A stretch of 64,000 nucleotides of DNA, taken from the NCBI RefSeq assembly GCF_018350175.1, contig NC_058369.1, forward strand, positions 27,654,001-27,718,000. The letters run 5' to 3'. The notes below the pieces were generated by a model. It ran no database searches, was not told the origin of the DNA, and saw only the letters and a list, made by a program, of their open reading frames with translations. The position numbers were made by a program, and so were the translations under genes. Source of the stretch: Felis catus. Lineage: Eukaryota. Positions 24,748-37,700 of the stretch are shown here, piece by piece (position 1 is the stretch's first letter; each line of letters begins with the position of its first letter).

Positions 24748-24860
24748 GATTCTTTCTCTCCCTCTCCCAGCTCATGACTCTCTCTCTCCCTCTCCCCCCA
24801 CGCTGCCTCTCTGTCAAATTTAAAAAAAAAATGCATATTAAAAACAAAAAGAAAAAAAAA
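24748..24860 (+). mobile_element. Can-SINE 3' half
   Basis: gattctttctctccctctccc... (CT)-rich region plus A-rich tail; continues the head at 20788-20898. Confidence 0.85.
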
Positions 24861-24930
24861 ACTGGTCAGTCTTAGCTTTCAGTTCCAGGACTCAAAAGAG
24901 CAACCTTCACTCTTGACCTAGTGTCACTTT

Positions 24931-25112
24931 TTAAACAATATTTATTCATTTTTGAGGGGGGGGGTGTAGAGAGAGAGGAGGACACAGGATCCAAAGAAGG
25001 CTCTATGTTGTCAGCACAGAGCCTGATGTGGGGCTTGAACCCACTAACCATGAGATCATGATCTGAGCCAAAGTTGGATGCTCAACCAACGGAGCCACCC
25101 AGAAACCTCACC
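24931..25112 (-). mobile_element. Can-SINE
   Basis: 'tgagatcatgatctgagccaaagttggatgctcaaccaacggagccacccag'; perfect 12-bp TSD tagtgtcacttt (24919-30 / 25116-27). Confidence 0.93.
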
Positions 25113-25799
25113 ACTTAGTGTCACTTTAATTGTGTGGGGCTTTGGTATATGCATTGAAAAGCAGTACCAGAATGCTGTCACTCAAGTAATTAAACTAAAC
25201 TGTAACATACAAGATGAGGTAGTTGCTAGAGACTCAGATGTATGAATGACCTCCAGGGTCCTCTCCTCTGATAAGGGATAGGTAGCTGAGACACCATCAT
25301 TATAGTCCACTTACATGTGGAAATACGATAGCCAGAGTGCAATGCAGTGAGTGGTTCAAAGCTCTGCTCTATGTATGAGGTGGTGATGTGATCATCATCA
25401 GCACCAAAGCTACAAAATTCATTCTCCTGTCTTCTAATACTTCTTGATCATTGCTATACCTATCATTTAATAATGTCTCAGTATGAAAAGTCAGTGTGCC
25501 GAGACAATGAGCAAAGACAATTTAATGTAATCCCTTCACTGAACCTATGAGACATTATTTCTCTATAGGAAGATGAGGTTTAGGGAAGGCAAGTAACTTG
25601 TAATGGAAGATTAACAAACTAACACTGAAGCACCAACTAAAATGAAAGCACTAACAAAAGTGCTTTGACTTGAAACCTATGTTCTTAATTATTTGGCATA
25701 CTATCGCTCATCTCAATGCATAAGACATGCAGCAATACTGGGGAAGGTGAAATATTTCACAAGAGGTAATTCAGGCTATTTATCCATTGATCCACCCAC

Positions 25800-26860
25800 C
25801 CATGCATCTATCTCTCCACCCATTTACCCTTGATTCAACAGAAATTCACCAGGTACCTATCACTGTAGTTGGTGGTACAAAAGAGTGACAAGCAACGCAG
25901 ACAAGGTGCAAAACCTCAAGGAGTTGTAGTTTAATGGAAGAAGAGACATTAATCAATGATGTGACTGTGTAATCACAAATTGACATCATGCTCTGAAAGA
26001 AAGGAATAAGTTCAATAGGAGCACATGACAAAGGAGGCTGACTTCAGCTGGGAGTCATGTCTAAGGAAATGAGGCCTGAGATGAGAATTGAAAGGCAAAT
26101 CAACATTAATTCGGTAGAAGGGAGGTGGGGGGACAGAAGTGGAGCACTGCAGAGGAAAGAGTAGTAGCATATGCAAAGGGCCAGGGAAGGAAGGAAAATA
26201 AAGTATTCAAACAGCTGATGGCCAATGTGGCTGTAACAAGTTGGTGAAGGAAAGACTGATGTGAGAAGAGTCTAGGGAGGTAGGTAGGGGTCAGACCACT
26301 TTAAAAAGCATGGAACAGCAGCGGTAAAACATACAGGGATTTGAGAGAGGGAGGGAATAGAGGGGTGGGAGCAACTGTTCTTTTTCATAATCAAGCAGAC
26401 TTCAGGGGTGTAAATAATATAGAAGCATGGTAAAACTAGAATGGAAATATAGCAACCAGCAAAAAGGTTACTTCGTGGTTCGGACAAGAGAAATTGGCAG
26501 CTTGACTAGTTGGTGCCAGTGGTGATGATCAGAAATGGATGAATTTAAGAAACATAATGACATAATAATCAAATGAACTTACTGACGGATTGGATTTGGG
26601 AAGATAAGACAGCAGGTGGAATCAAGGATGATCTCTAGGTTTCTGACCGGACCCAGAAACTCCAGAGGGCGTCCTTGCTAATTTTGAGGTATCTTTAGGG
26701 CACCAGAGTTGACAGGCAGTTAGGCTATATAGGAGTGAGAAAAGGGGTCAGAATGGAAATATTAACTTGAGAGCCCACTGCATATATCAGTTGTCTGAGG
26801 CCTTGGGGGTTCAATAGAGAAGGGCTACTATGAACAGCAGTGTTCAGGGAACCCTGGGCA
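25800..26860 (-). mobile_element. L2 LINE fragment
   Basis: 'attcaacagaaatt...ctcaaggagttgtagtttaatggaagaagagac...gcatatgcaaagggccaggg...ggaatcaaggatgatctctaggtttctg'. Confidence 0.75.
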
Positions 26861-27599
26861 AAACATACTTCTCAGTCACTATATTCTTGTAATCTACTTT
26901 CTCCCTTTGGAACGAGTTTCTGCATCTTTCTTCTACTCCCATTTCAATAGAACTTTCTATTTTCTTTTACAGTTCTCTTGGTTCTATTTTTTTCTGATTG
27001 TTTTGCATATTGTATTTGACATTAGATATCCCTATAACCACTCCAACTTTTGTGAAATGAGGAGAGGATCAATCACTAGCCTTCAGAAGAACTGGATGAG
27101 ACTCCAAGTGGTCAATTTACCCCAGCAGCTAATACAAGTAACAGATTAAATTTACTAACAGCACATTCAAAGGAACTCTCTAAGACTCCAAGATGGTTCT
27201 TGAAGTCTTCCTATCATGGATGCTAAAATGTATGAAAGTCATGGTGGGTGGGGACTGAGCCCAGAATGTGATGCCTAAGGATTCCCCAATGTTCAGTTTT
27301 AGGGTGGATTAAATTAATTCACCAGAGCTAACTGGAAGATTCAAAGATGTTAGGAGACACCAGCTATCAGAGCCATTTTTCTCATCTTCAAGCTTACTGC
27401 CTGAGTGATTTAAGCTTGAACTGATACACTGTTATGGAAATAGAAATGTAAAGATGAAGCAATCTCCAATGGCAAAAACTCCAAGAGACGTGAAAATACA
27501 TGTACTAAGTAATGAGTTTAATCACCTGATAATTAGATATTAAGCACTCAAATTTAACCAACACCTGTTTCTACAGTGAAGTAAATTGCTTCATTTCAT

Positions 27600-27765
27600 T
27601 GTTCTCATTGCCCTCTGTTACATGTTTTATATTATCTAAAAGCCCACTTTTTCATATTTTCCTAGGCTGGGCTATGAGCTTCTTGAGTGGACAGTAGTAT
27701 CTTTTTAAATTCTCTATGTCTAGTTCAGTGTCTGGAATATAACAAATGAATGAATGAATGAATTA
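27600..27765 (+). mobile_element. L2 3' end
   Basis: 'gggctatgagcttcttgag...ctagttcagtgtctggaatataacaaatgaatgaatgaatgaa'. Confidence 0.7.
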
Positions 27766-28914
27766 CCTTGAGCAGGCCTTAATTCACAGAATTATTCCAC
27801 AAAATAATTAATTTACTTTTTTTTTTTAAATGAGACCATGGGGATGTTCGATTAAAGACTTTTGAACCAAAATGTTTAATCCAATAGCCCTGACCACATC
27901 CAAATAAAATGAATATATTATTCATATCTTCCTTTTGAAAGCCGACTGATATGGTGAAATCATTTATATGGAATATTAAAACGGGAAATAGAAAAAATCA
28001 GCCTTCTGTTCTTGGCAAAAGTGCTGCCAACTAGAGCTGGAGCTTTTGGAAAATACTTAATGTTGCCTATTCTTTTTTTTTCTGAAGAGCTACTTTGTTC
28101 AAAGTTTAATCAAAGCCGAAAGAAAGCATTGTCTATTTATAGTAAACTGGTACTCTTCAGGATCACTTCATTTATTTCAGCTAATTCTAAGCAGTCAAAA
28201 GTTCTGAAAACAAAACAGGACATTCCTTTTGTTGGGTATGCGTGAGGTGTCTGTTAAGGAAAGATAAGTTATTATTGTCCTAAGCAAAAAGATAGCTGAT
28301 GAGATCCTAAGTGACAGAGTTTAATCCACGCACTTGTTGACTACACGGTTAAAGAGCTTTTTTTTTTTCCCCTTTCCATTGTTAGAGATATTTAAAGGTG
28401 AATATCTCTTCTAACTTTAGACAGAAGCTATAGAAAATAGTAACTATTTTCTCAGTACAATTTCATTTTCCTTAAAAGTTTTATTTAAATATTAAATTCC
28501 AACTCAAAGCAATTGTTCACATATGTGTTTACTAGTTCAAGAGCACCAACACAAAATGTGGGAATGATCATCACCATAAAGCAAATAATGATAGAACAAC
28601 TAGATTCATCTATTTTCCCAATATACATTAGGCATGTGTTTTGAATTTTACATAGAACTCAGCATTGCTAATATTTTATTTCTAATAGGCTGGGTGTAGT
28701 ATGACAAGCAAAAAGGTTTGGTTATGTTAAAGGTTTTCTGGTTTTAGGTTGGTCAAAAATACTCAAAGCTCATGCAAGTCCATCAAAAGTATAAGTGTGA
28801 AGTCTATGGGTTAATTACTACTACAGTTAGTTCCTTAAATTGTTCACCACATTTTTTTTTCTTTTTTGAGAGAGAGAAAGAATGTGATTGAGAGAAAGAA
28901 AGGAAAAACTTCTA

Positions 28915-29110
28915 TTGATTACCTACCATTGTCTCAAGTGTCTAAGGACTATGATTGGGATTTTCATAACTATATTCTTATCTATTCCTAAAAATTAAGT
29001 AGCTGAGGTGCAGAAAATTAAAGTGATTCTCCAAAGATTATTCAGTGAATAAGTGACAGAATCCCACTTTGAAAGAGCAATCTGTTGGACTCCAAGATGA
29101 ATTCTCTTTC
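28915..29110 (-). mobile_element. MIR SINE
   Basis: 'agctgaggtgcagaaaattaaagtgattctccaaagattattcagtgaataagtgacagaa...tctgttggactccaa'. Confidence 0.65.
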
Positions 29111-31839
29111 TATAAAGCTGTATTACAAACTGGTGAAAATGGTTCATCTTTAAGAAATAGATGAAGAAGTAGATGAAGTTTTCACAGGAACACAGGCAAG
29201 CAAATTAAGAGAACATGATTTAAAATGTTGGATGTAAATTGGTAAACAGATGCAGGTCACTAAAAAGTCACATTTTTCATCCTAATAGTTGGCTGTGGGT
29301 TGGCAAAGACCCCAGTAAAGCTGTTTTTATACAACAGAAGCACAGCTGGTTAACAAGGGAATAAATCTGGTCAACCAACTAAGACTTTCAATTCATTTAA
29401 TGCCAATTATCTGTATGGATTTTTTTTAAAAGAAACATAAAGTAACCCATAAATAAGCTGACCCATATTATTATTTTTTTTGTATTTAATAACTTTAACT
29501 TTTCAGTCAACCTGTTTTTAATACCTGGCATATTAATCATTGCAAAAGCTAAAATACATTATACTAAATTTTATTTTAGACACTTTACATAGGAGTATGC
29601 AAAAGGAACATTTGAAATTAGCTGGAAATTTGTGTATATTTCAGATATGACATGCCATTCACTTTCACAAGTTTTTCTACTCTCCATGAACATTGTGTGG
29701 GCCAATTATCATCAGCCATTAACCCATTCCTTTTGTATAATACAGGTCAGCTGACAAAGTATGTTCTCACCCATTACCCCATTGATGGGATATTTAACTG
29801 ACTTCCAGCGTGCAGCATTAAACTAAATAAAAGGGTTCTTATTTCACATACAAAACTAGTTTCTTAGGATTTTTTCTAGAGTTTGACCAACTAGAAGAAA
29901 ATAAGTCTCTCTCATGGTTTTTTTGTGCAAATTATTTATAAAGTGCCCCAATAGAGTCCACAAAATAAATTACAATAGATAAATAGCAGCACTCAAATAT
30001 TGTAAATAACAAGGGAGGACACACATTTTTACCTATTCCCAGTTACAGGTGTCATCAGTCTAGGGTTCTGAATTTAGGTTATTTAGAAAATTAATCACAT
30101 GTTGCTGAACATAAATCTTAATTCCGGTGTGCATAAGCAGAAAAAAAGTACATTGTGTATGTATAATTATTCAGTGTTATTATTTTTAAAAACCCTATAT
30201 ATCATACCACAACAAATCAATATAATGCCACCAATGTGAATATCATTAGGCTCAGCATCTTAAACTCAGCATGAAATCTACCAGACCACAAATTTGAAAG
30301 GAAGAAATTCAACATCAGTTCCATAAATCAAATTAACATCAGGATAAAATCTATTAGAGCCAAAAGTCTTATTCAGGGTAAAGTGGTATTTTCAGGGAGG
30401 AAAGAAAGTAGGTTCATGATACTCTGCTCTATTAACTCCAAATCTTAAGAAATATATAATTATAGGAGAGTTTTGAGTCTAGCAGATCACAGTTGGCAAA
30501 ACAATGCTTATATTATGACAAAACTCAATAACATGTATTTTTACTAAAGCAATACTTCCTAAATTTGTAAGGTTTTAAATTGTCTAGCAGAACATAGCAT
30601 GAAATACAATTTTTGGATGTGGGTATCTTTGTATATAGGAAATAGAGATTCCATTAAGGAGATATATCTGACATATACACATGCATATATACGTAAGAAT
30701 ATATATAATTATATACTAAATCTCACAGAGCTACAGAAATATCACCCTGCTTGCTGTATACATTACTGTAAGAGAGTATTATTTAGGAGATGACAATATT
30801 TTTTTTATTTGTTTAACTTAAATTATTTTGTCTCTTGCAGAATTATGTCCTCTTGTAGCCAGAGAGTAAAATCTCTTGGTAGCATAGCATGTTTGGAAAT
30901 TTTGCATTAACACATCCATGAGGGACCAGCTTTCTCTCACCCTCAACAAGAGAAAAGGGTAGACCTTGCAATTCTAACCTAGCCTTGGGGTTTGGTTTAT
31001 TAGACAAAACCAGTTCCCCTAAGTGATTCTTAAAAGAGACTTTTAAAGAAAATTAGATCCAGCTTCCAATCCACACAATACCCATGACTATAACAAGTTT
31101 ATATTGAAATTATATTCAAAACTATATTTAAATATTAAAAATCATTTTTATCTCCAAATACAACTAGCCCATCAGAGAAGACATTGAATTAGCTTAGAAT
31201 TTCCTCCCTTCTGCTCTGTCAAGGGGGATGAAAAAGCTGGAAAAAGCAAAACAAACTCGTAGTTGAGAGAACTGATGGCCAACACAACCTGGGAAATAAG
31301 ACTTCAATGGAACATGTCATCATTTTGAAAGCTATTGCAGACTGGATACATGGAAAGAACTTGCAGATACAACTGATGAACTGATGTGAGGTTTTCTGAG
31401 GAAATATCACTAAATTCAAAGGTGTCCAAAAAAGATAACACTAGAAACTTGCAGATAAAAATACTGAACTGCTTTTAGAAGCCTGAAAGAATCACCATCA
31501 GAAGCCAAGGTATCCAAATAGGGACTCAACTTTCTGTTGGGAAAATACAAAGAAGGTTTTCAAGGGAGAAAGCATCCCCAAGGCTTGCAGTGGAAGCCTG
31601 GACTGGATCTTATCTTCACTTCCACTCTGGCAGGAACATTCATGAAGGGCATAACCTGTGCAATCCATTCTAGGACGCCTTGATCTAAATAGTGTGCAGA
31701 AATAAATGTCCCTTTATCAAAAGAACTACCTGTAGCTTTACAAGCGTGACAAAATCTGGGTAAAATTCTAACACCCATTATTTTTAAATTGTTGGCAATA
31801 ACTTGGGGAAGATCTTCACTAAGCATCAGCATGGCTCCC

Positions 31840-31938
31840 TTGGATTCTTTGTCTCCCTCTCTCTGCCCCACCCCTGTTTGTGCTTTGTCTTTCTCTGTCT
31901 CTCAAAAAGGAATAAACGTTAAAAAATTAAAAAAAAAA
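31840..31938 (+). mobile_element. 5'-truncated Can-SINE (tail only)
   Basis: ttggattctttgtctccctctctctgcccc...aataaacgttaaaaaa; 19-bp TSD aag(c/a)atcagcatggctccc (31821-39 / 31939-57). Confidence 0.92.
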
Positions 31939-34900
31939 AAGAATCAGCATGGCTCCCAGATGCATCTCAGTTTCTAAGTTTGCAGGATAAGCTTCATAGA
32001 TCCAAGGAATGCAACAAAATACAATGAAAGGTACTTAGACTTATCATAATTCTCTTTTAGGGAAGATCAAGGAGGAAAAGGCTAAATAAAAAAATAAGGA
32101 AAAGAGAGGAGAAAAGAGGAAAAGGAGAATAAAGATGGGAGAGAGGCTAATAAAGAAAAATAAATGAAAAAAATGAGATACTTTACCAAAAAAGGAAGGA
32201 GAAATAAAGAACAAACATTAGCAGAATATCTGTGAGATATATTACACAGTCTCTCACAATAACCTTGTGAAGAATGTCACTTCCACCCAACGGAACAGAA
32301 TGCCAACAAAATACTATTTCAAAGGATTGGGGGTAGGTGGGCAGTTTTTCCCTTTACAATGTTGGAGGGACAGGAAAGTAAGGAAAAATACCATCTCTCC
32401 CCCTCAAGAGGCATTTTTAATGCACATGAAGGGCTGTAGAAGGCAAACTTGTTTTAGCTGCACCCAGTGATAACCTGACTGTACAAAGATCAGGTGTCCA
32501 GGACCCTCCACTACAGGTGATGAGATCATACAGTTTCAATTTGATTTCACAATATAAACTGAGGTTTTTTTGATGAAGCAAAGACCTGCTCAGAAAGAGG
32601 GCAGGGACCTATGTGAACCTCAAGAAGTTCAGGAAACCCAAACCTATTTAAGATGTATTTTAGACTAAGAGTATTGGACTAGTGGGAATAAACAACAAAG
32701 CAAAACAACAAAAAACCAGAGTTGTACCCTTGAGGTATCTCCTAGAGGAAGACTATTCCACTAAGAAGTAACCCCTCGACTCCTGATTCCAAAGATCAGA
32801 CACCAGCACTTTCACAATGCTTGCAACAATAGTTCTGCGATTTTATTTCAAAGTTCTCTATCCTCCAAGAGAGAGACAGAAATGGTGTCTCAGCTCTTTC
32901 AATTCATCATTCCCCATGAAGTGTATTAGCTGCTCAAACCTGGAAGACGCCATTGCTGGTCACCATTTGCCAAAGTATGTTTCTACAAACATGCTGCTAG
33001 ATACTAAAACACGCTCTGGGAACAAAAAAGACTGCTGTCCAATAAGGCTGAAGTTAAAGTTACAGTTGTTTGCTTATTGTTAGACTTCTCAGAGCCTTTA
33101 AGATGCCAATGTTGCCTGCAAATGTCTAAGAAAGAAATCAATAATGCAACATTTCCCAAACGTATTTCATCAGGGTATCTTAACTTTTTAATTTTGCTAT
33201 AACCATCCTGACAGACAAACGTTATGTCAAACACAGTTTGGGAAATATGTAGACAAAGAATAGGTCAGCGAGACGGTGTGAGTAATCCATGTTTCGTGTA
33301 TTGCAACTTGCACAACTGCATGATACCTCACATAGGACCATGTCTCTCACTTGCATAAACAACAATAAAAAGTCCTCTGCATCTAAACCCACATGGATGT
33401 GACCTGTTGTATGCATGTTCATTGTCTTGCTTGAGAATATTTAATGATGTTTTTTCTACTCCAATCTTCACACCATTATTCAAAATAAAACTTAATCACA
33501 TTCCATGGGATTCTTCAGTGTCCTTCATTTGTAGATGGTAGCAGTCTTCAAGTGAAATTCCTTAAGAGTGTTCCTCAAATAAAGCTTTTATTCACACAAA
33601 ACAGCCCCCAAACCTCTATATTTGGGGACTCTAACAAGAGGTAAGTGGAAAAGTAAACACTGATGTTTCATTAATCCCAATGCTTGCATTTCACCCTGAC
33701 CTCTGCTGTGCTCTGCTTTCTCTGAAGTGCGATATTTGCTTTTCAGTTCACCAAAAGCTCTGGTTAAACAAATGTTAAACTAATGGGAATAGTAACTGTG
33801 TTTTGTATAATTTGGGTCCATTACCAGCCACTTTATGCTTTATTTGTATACTTGTGTGTATGAGATGCCTTAAGTTCATTTGAGGAGATTTCCTCAGCAG
33901 GGTTAAATCCACAGTGTCTTTAAGGTGACTTACATTAGTATAGCTGCATGATTCACACTAATATTTCCAGCAGACCCTTCAAAATCAAGATATTTTCTTG
34001 ACAGTAAAATAACAGAATATACTGCAGGCCAGATACTACAGAGGCCACTGAGATTATATATAATAAGCCCAGAAAAGGATCGGTGAAGTTAACCAGCCTT
34101 GAGAATTTCAGCTATACCACCTCCCTTTGGTAAAACGATTTCTAAATGTTGTCATTTCAAAGGCACATCTCCCTCCAGCAAACTTCACCTTTCCTTTTCA
34201 TCCCCACCCAGAACATGCCTGAATATTGTTTTGCTGGGCACCCAGCTCCCTTCTTCACCTACCTTGTGTCTCAGACATTTTCATTGATCCCCAGTCCTCA
34301 GCTAATACCATCATGCTCCCAAGTTTACCTCTGGGAGGACAAATAGAATGGTCTTCACGAACAGATGGTCTTTTCAAGGAAAAGCAGTTACATTTCAATA
34401 CCGATAAATGTACTGTAAATAATGGCCTGAAAAGAATGTAGGTCTTTAGGGGGAAAAATATGAGAGCACAAGATACTATTCTTTAATTACATGAGATTTT
34501 TTTCCCTTCCCTTGAAGACAATACCAATTCCTAATGAAGCATAATGAATCGTAAAGAGGCACCAATGCTCATTCCAACAGATGTTTATTGATTAGTGTTG
34601 ACTGAACACAAACACAACTGAGTGTTGCCTGCTATCGTCAGTAAGTGGTGGGAAGTGGCACTGGCTCCCCCTTGTTATTTTACCTTCAAAGACAAGTTGA
34701 CAAATCTATTTTGTCTTGAACAGCTGTGTTCTTATTTTTAAAGGGTTGGCTTACAACTAAGAAAGCAAGCGGAGGGAACAGCCTTTTGGTGTCCAATGTG
34801 TTATCTGGCAAGGACAGATTGTTTTAGGGTGCCATGAAAAAGATTTTTAATGAAACTACATTTTAAACGAGCAGCATATGCTGAGTTTTCCCTTCTGCTC

Positions 34901-35859
34901 CTCATCCTGCCATTTGTTAATTTTTGTTATTGTTGTTCTCCGGGACTCCTAAATTTTCACACAAGCTGTCTCGTCCGACACTAACACAGCTTGGGGTGAA
35001 TTATCACTTGGGATGCAAAAACCTCCACCTCCTACTCCAGCTTTTTTTTTAATTCCCATATTTTCCACATTTAATCAGGGTTCACTGGTAAGCCAGTTGA
35101 CTGAATGACCAGAGAAGAAAAATAAATTCTCCCTTTATGTTAGTTCTCAAACCCCCAGAGCCCGAGATGTAACTTCAGAGTATGTGTGGGCTCCTCAGCC
35201 ACCTGAGCTGCACACCACCCGGGGGTCACAGTCCAGAGCAGAGGTCTCGAGAAACTCTGAAATTGGAAATTATGACAAAAAAAATTCCCTTTAATACATA
35301 ATGCCTCATATTAATTTCAATGATTCTCTGAGAATGATTCTGTGGCCCAGTTAAATATAAAGTTCAAGGAAATGAATTTCAGTCTTCAGCAATCTGAGTC
35401 CTATTTGAAAGCTGTCAGCTGACAAGATTAAAGAAATATAGAGAATAGGAAAATCTTTGGATAGCAGGTACTTTGATAGATTCAAGAATATATATATTTT
35501 TTAAAAATCTGAACATACTTGGGAGAGGGGCCCCACTATTATCTTCGCTTAGAAGCCCTCCTGATGAGAATGACCTTGTGTTTGGAGACAAAAGCAATCA
35601 ACAGCTGTGTCTGAAAGGTCTGGTTCAAGGGGTGATTTCAGTGTAGCACCATCGATGCAAGGGTGAGTAAGCTCGGTTTGGGGGCTAACCTTCTGTGATC
35701 TGTTGAGGAACCTGGAGGGATTCACTCTTTTCTAGGGTTCCTTTTGGGAAGTAAGCTGAAGAAGAGTTTGCCAACAGAAAAAGAGTATACCCAACATGTG
35801 TCCATAACATGTGCATCAACCAATTTGGAGAGCAAAGGACCTTGAAAGCCTATGTAGGG

Positions 35860-36080
35860 TTTTGGGTCAGTTCTGGGCTCTGGCAAACCTCTCCTCTCCA
35901 GGCTTCTCTTTTCACTAGTTGTGTTATGCTGGATAAGCTCAGTAAATCTGCTAAAGTTGAGTCTCCTCACCTATAATGTGGGCATGACTATGTCCATTTC
36001 AAGTGTTTCTATGCAGATGAAATGAGCTACCATAGGGCCTATACATTAAGGGTACATTAAATGACAACAAAATATAATCA
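35860..36080 (+). mobile_element. MIR SINE
   Basis: 'tcactagttgtgttatgctggataagctcagtaaatctgctaaagttgagtctcctcacctataatgtggg'. Confidence 0.6.
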
Positions 36081-37004
36081 TAAATGTCATCGATGTCAAT
36101 TCCTTATTCTGTCTCATTTCTCCCATTCATTTAGTCACTAAGTCCTTAAGATTTCAACCTTGTTGTGGTAGGCCCCAGAAAGACATGGCAAACTCTGTCA
36201 CTCAACAATCTTGAATGGATGGTAATGTCTACAACTTGGTCACAGATAAAGAGCTGCATACGTGAGGTGGCCTATCATTATTATCTAACCTGTGAACAGT
36301 GTAGCAAGATGTCACTAGTGTCCTAGTGAGGATGGGTACTGAAAACAAAGATGTTAGAATCAGGTGTGTGATTTGCTAAATTTAGCTGTGACACACATGT
36401 AAGGAAAACACTCAAGTGTTTCAGACTGACTTGGTAGCATATTCAAGAGGCTTGATAAGACCCAAGTGGAGCCTTGTGAGACAAAGGACCACTTAACCCT
36501 GGACAATGAGAATATTAATTTCACCAATTCAAGTGTGTTTCCCATGAAGAACTGAGGAGACTTGAGAAGCTTGTTTACCAATGACCATGTCTCATTTCTT
36601 GCCATATTTGGCTGGGAATGTACTCTTGGTATCCACAGCAGTAAACTATAAACTTCACTAAGTTTTATGGTGCAGGGAACTCATAAAAGCCTCCAATCTA
36701 AACCCTGCAGGGCACCTGTCCTTCATTCCTCTGGAGTCATGACTCCCACAGTGGGCCAGTTAGCTCTTCCCTGCAGGTTCCATCTTGCTCCAGATTTTGA
36801 ACAATTAAAATTTCCAGCCAGGATCCATAGGTCACAGCAGTAAGTAAGCCCTGGGGTCAGCCCACCTTTCTCATGCAGTTTTGTACCACAGTTTGGATAA
36901 CTAAGTTCCTGTGTCTTTACTCAGTCTAGGTCTTTTGGGATTAAGGTTCTGCCTTGTTCTGAGGCTCTCTAGGGAACAGAAGGAAAATATTTGCTGACCT
37001 TACC

Positions 37005-37700
37005 TGGCACTTTCATCACACTGGTACTTGATTGTTGCTCTTTGGTCACTACCTGGGCTTTCTTACTTCCATAGTTTTGCTCCTGGCTTCTTTCCCTCAA
37101 CTCCACTCATATCCCCTCTACTCTATTTTCCATTCAAGCACTCTATGGATCTCATTGAAACACAAACCTGATTCTCTCCACTTCTTGCCTCTCAGTGGTT
37201 TCCTACTATATGTACCCTAAAGACCAAGATCCTAAACATAACCCAAAAGACCTCAGTTGGCCCTGTTTATATTTACAGTCTATCTGACATCTTCAGTCTT
37301 CTCTAGTTCTTAGGCTCTCACCACATCACTGTCTCCCTTGCCACAGAGCCTTTGTACATGCTCCCAGAATTTCTTTCCCCATCTCTCCCTTTACTTAGTT
37401 AACACCTATCCACATCTATATCTTAATTTAATCATCAATTTCTAACCAAGATTTCTTATGGACTTCCCAACTAGAGCAATTCTCTTTGACTTTAGATCTT
37501 ACAGCACTAATATGTCTTCTTTATAGCAGACATCAGAGATGTGATTTTGGTTTTGTATGTTTATTAATTCCTGGATACCCTACAATAGTATAAATTTCCT
37601 GAGTAAAGGGACCATGTTAGTTTTGTTCAACATTTCATCCATGGGGGTTTGCATAAGACATGTAAGAACTGCTCCATTAATATTTGCTGGTTGAAATTAT
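37005..37700 (+). mobile_element. L2 LINE fragment
   Basis: 'cttgccacagagcctttgtacatgctccc...ttagttaacacctatcc...gtataaatttcctgagtaaagggaccatg...aatatttgctggttgaa'. Confidence 0.75.

Noticed and set aside
30810..30960. Strong plus-strand acceptor (ttttgtctcttgcag at 30840)
   Set aside because: All three frames close within ~70 nt and no strong donor follows, so a coding exon is unsupported.
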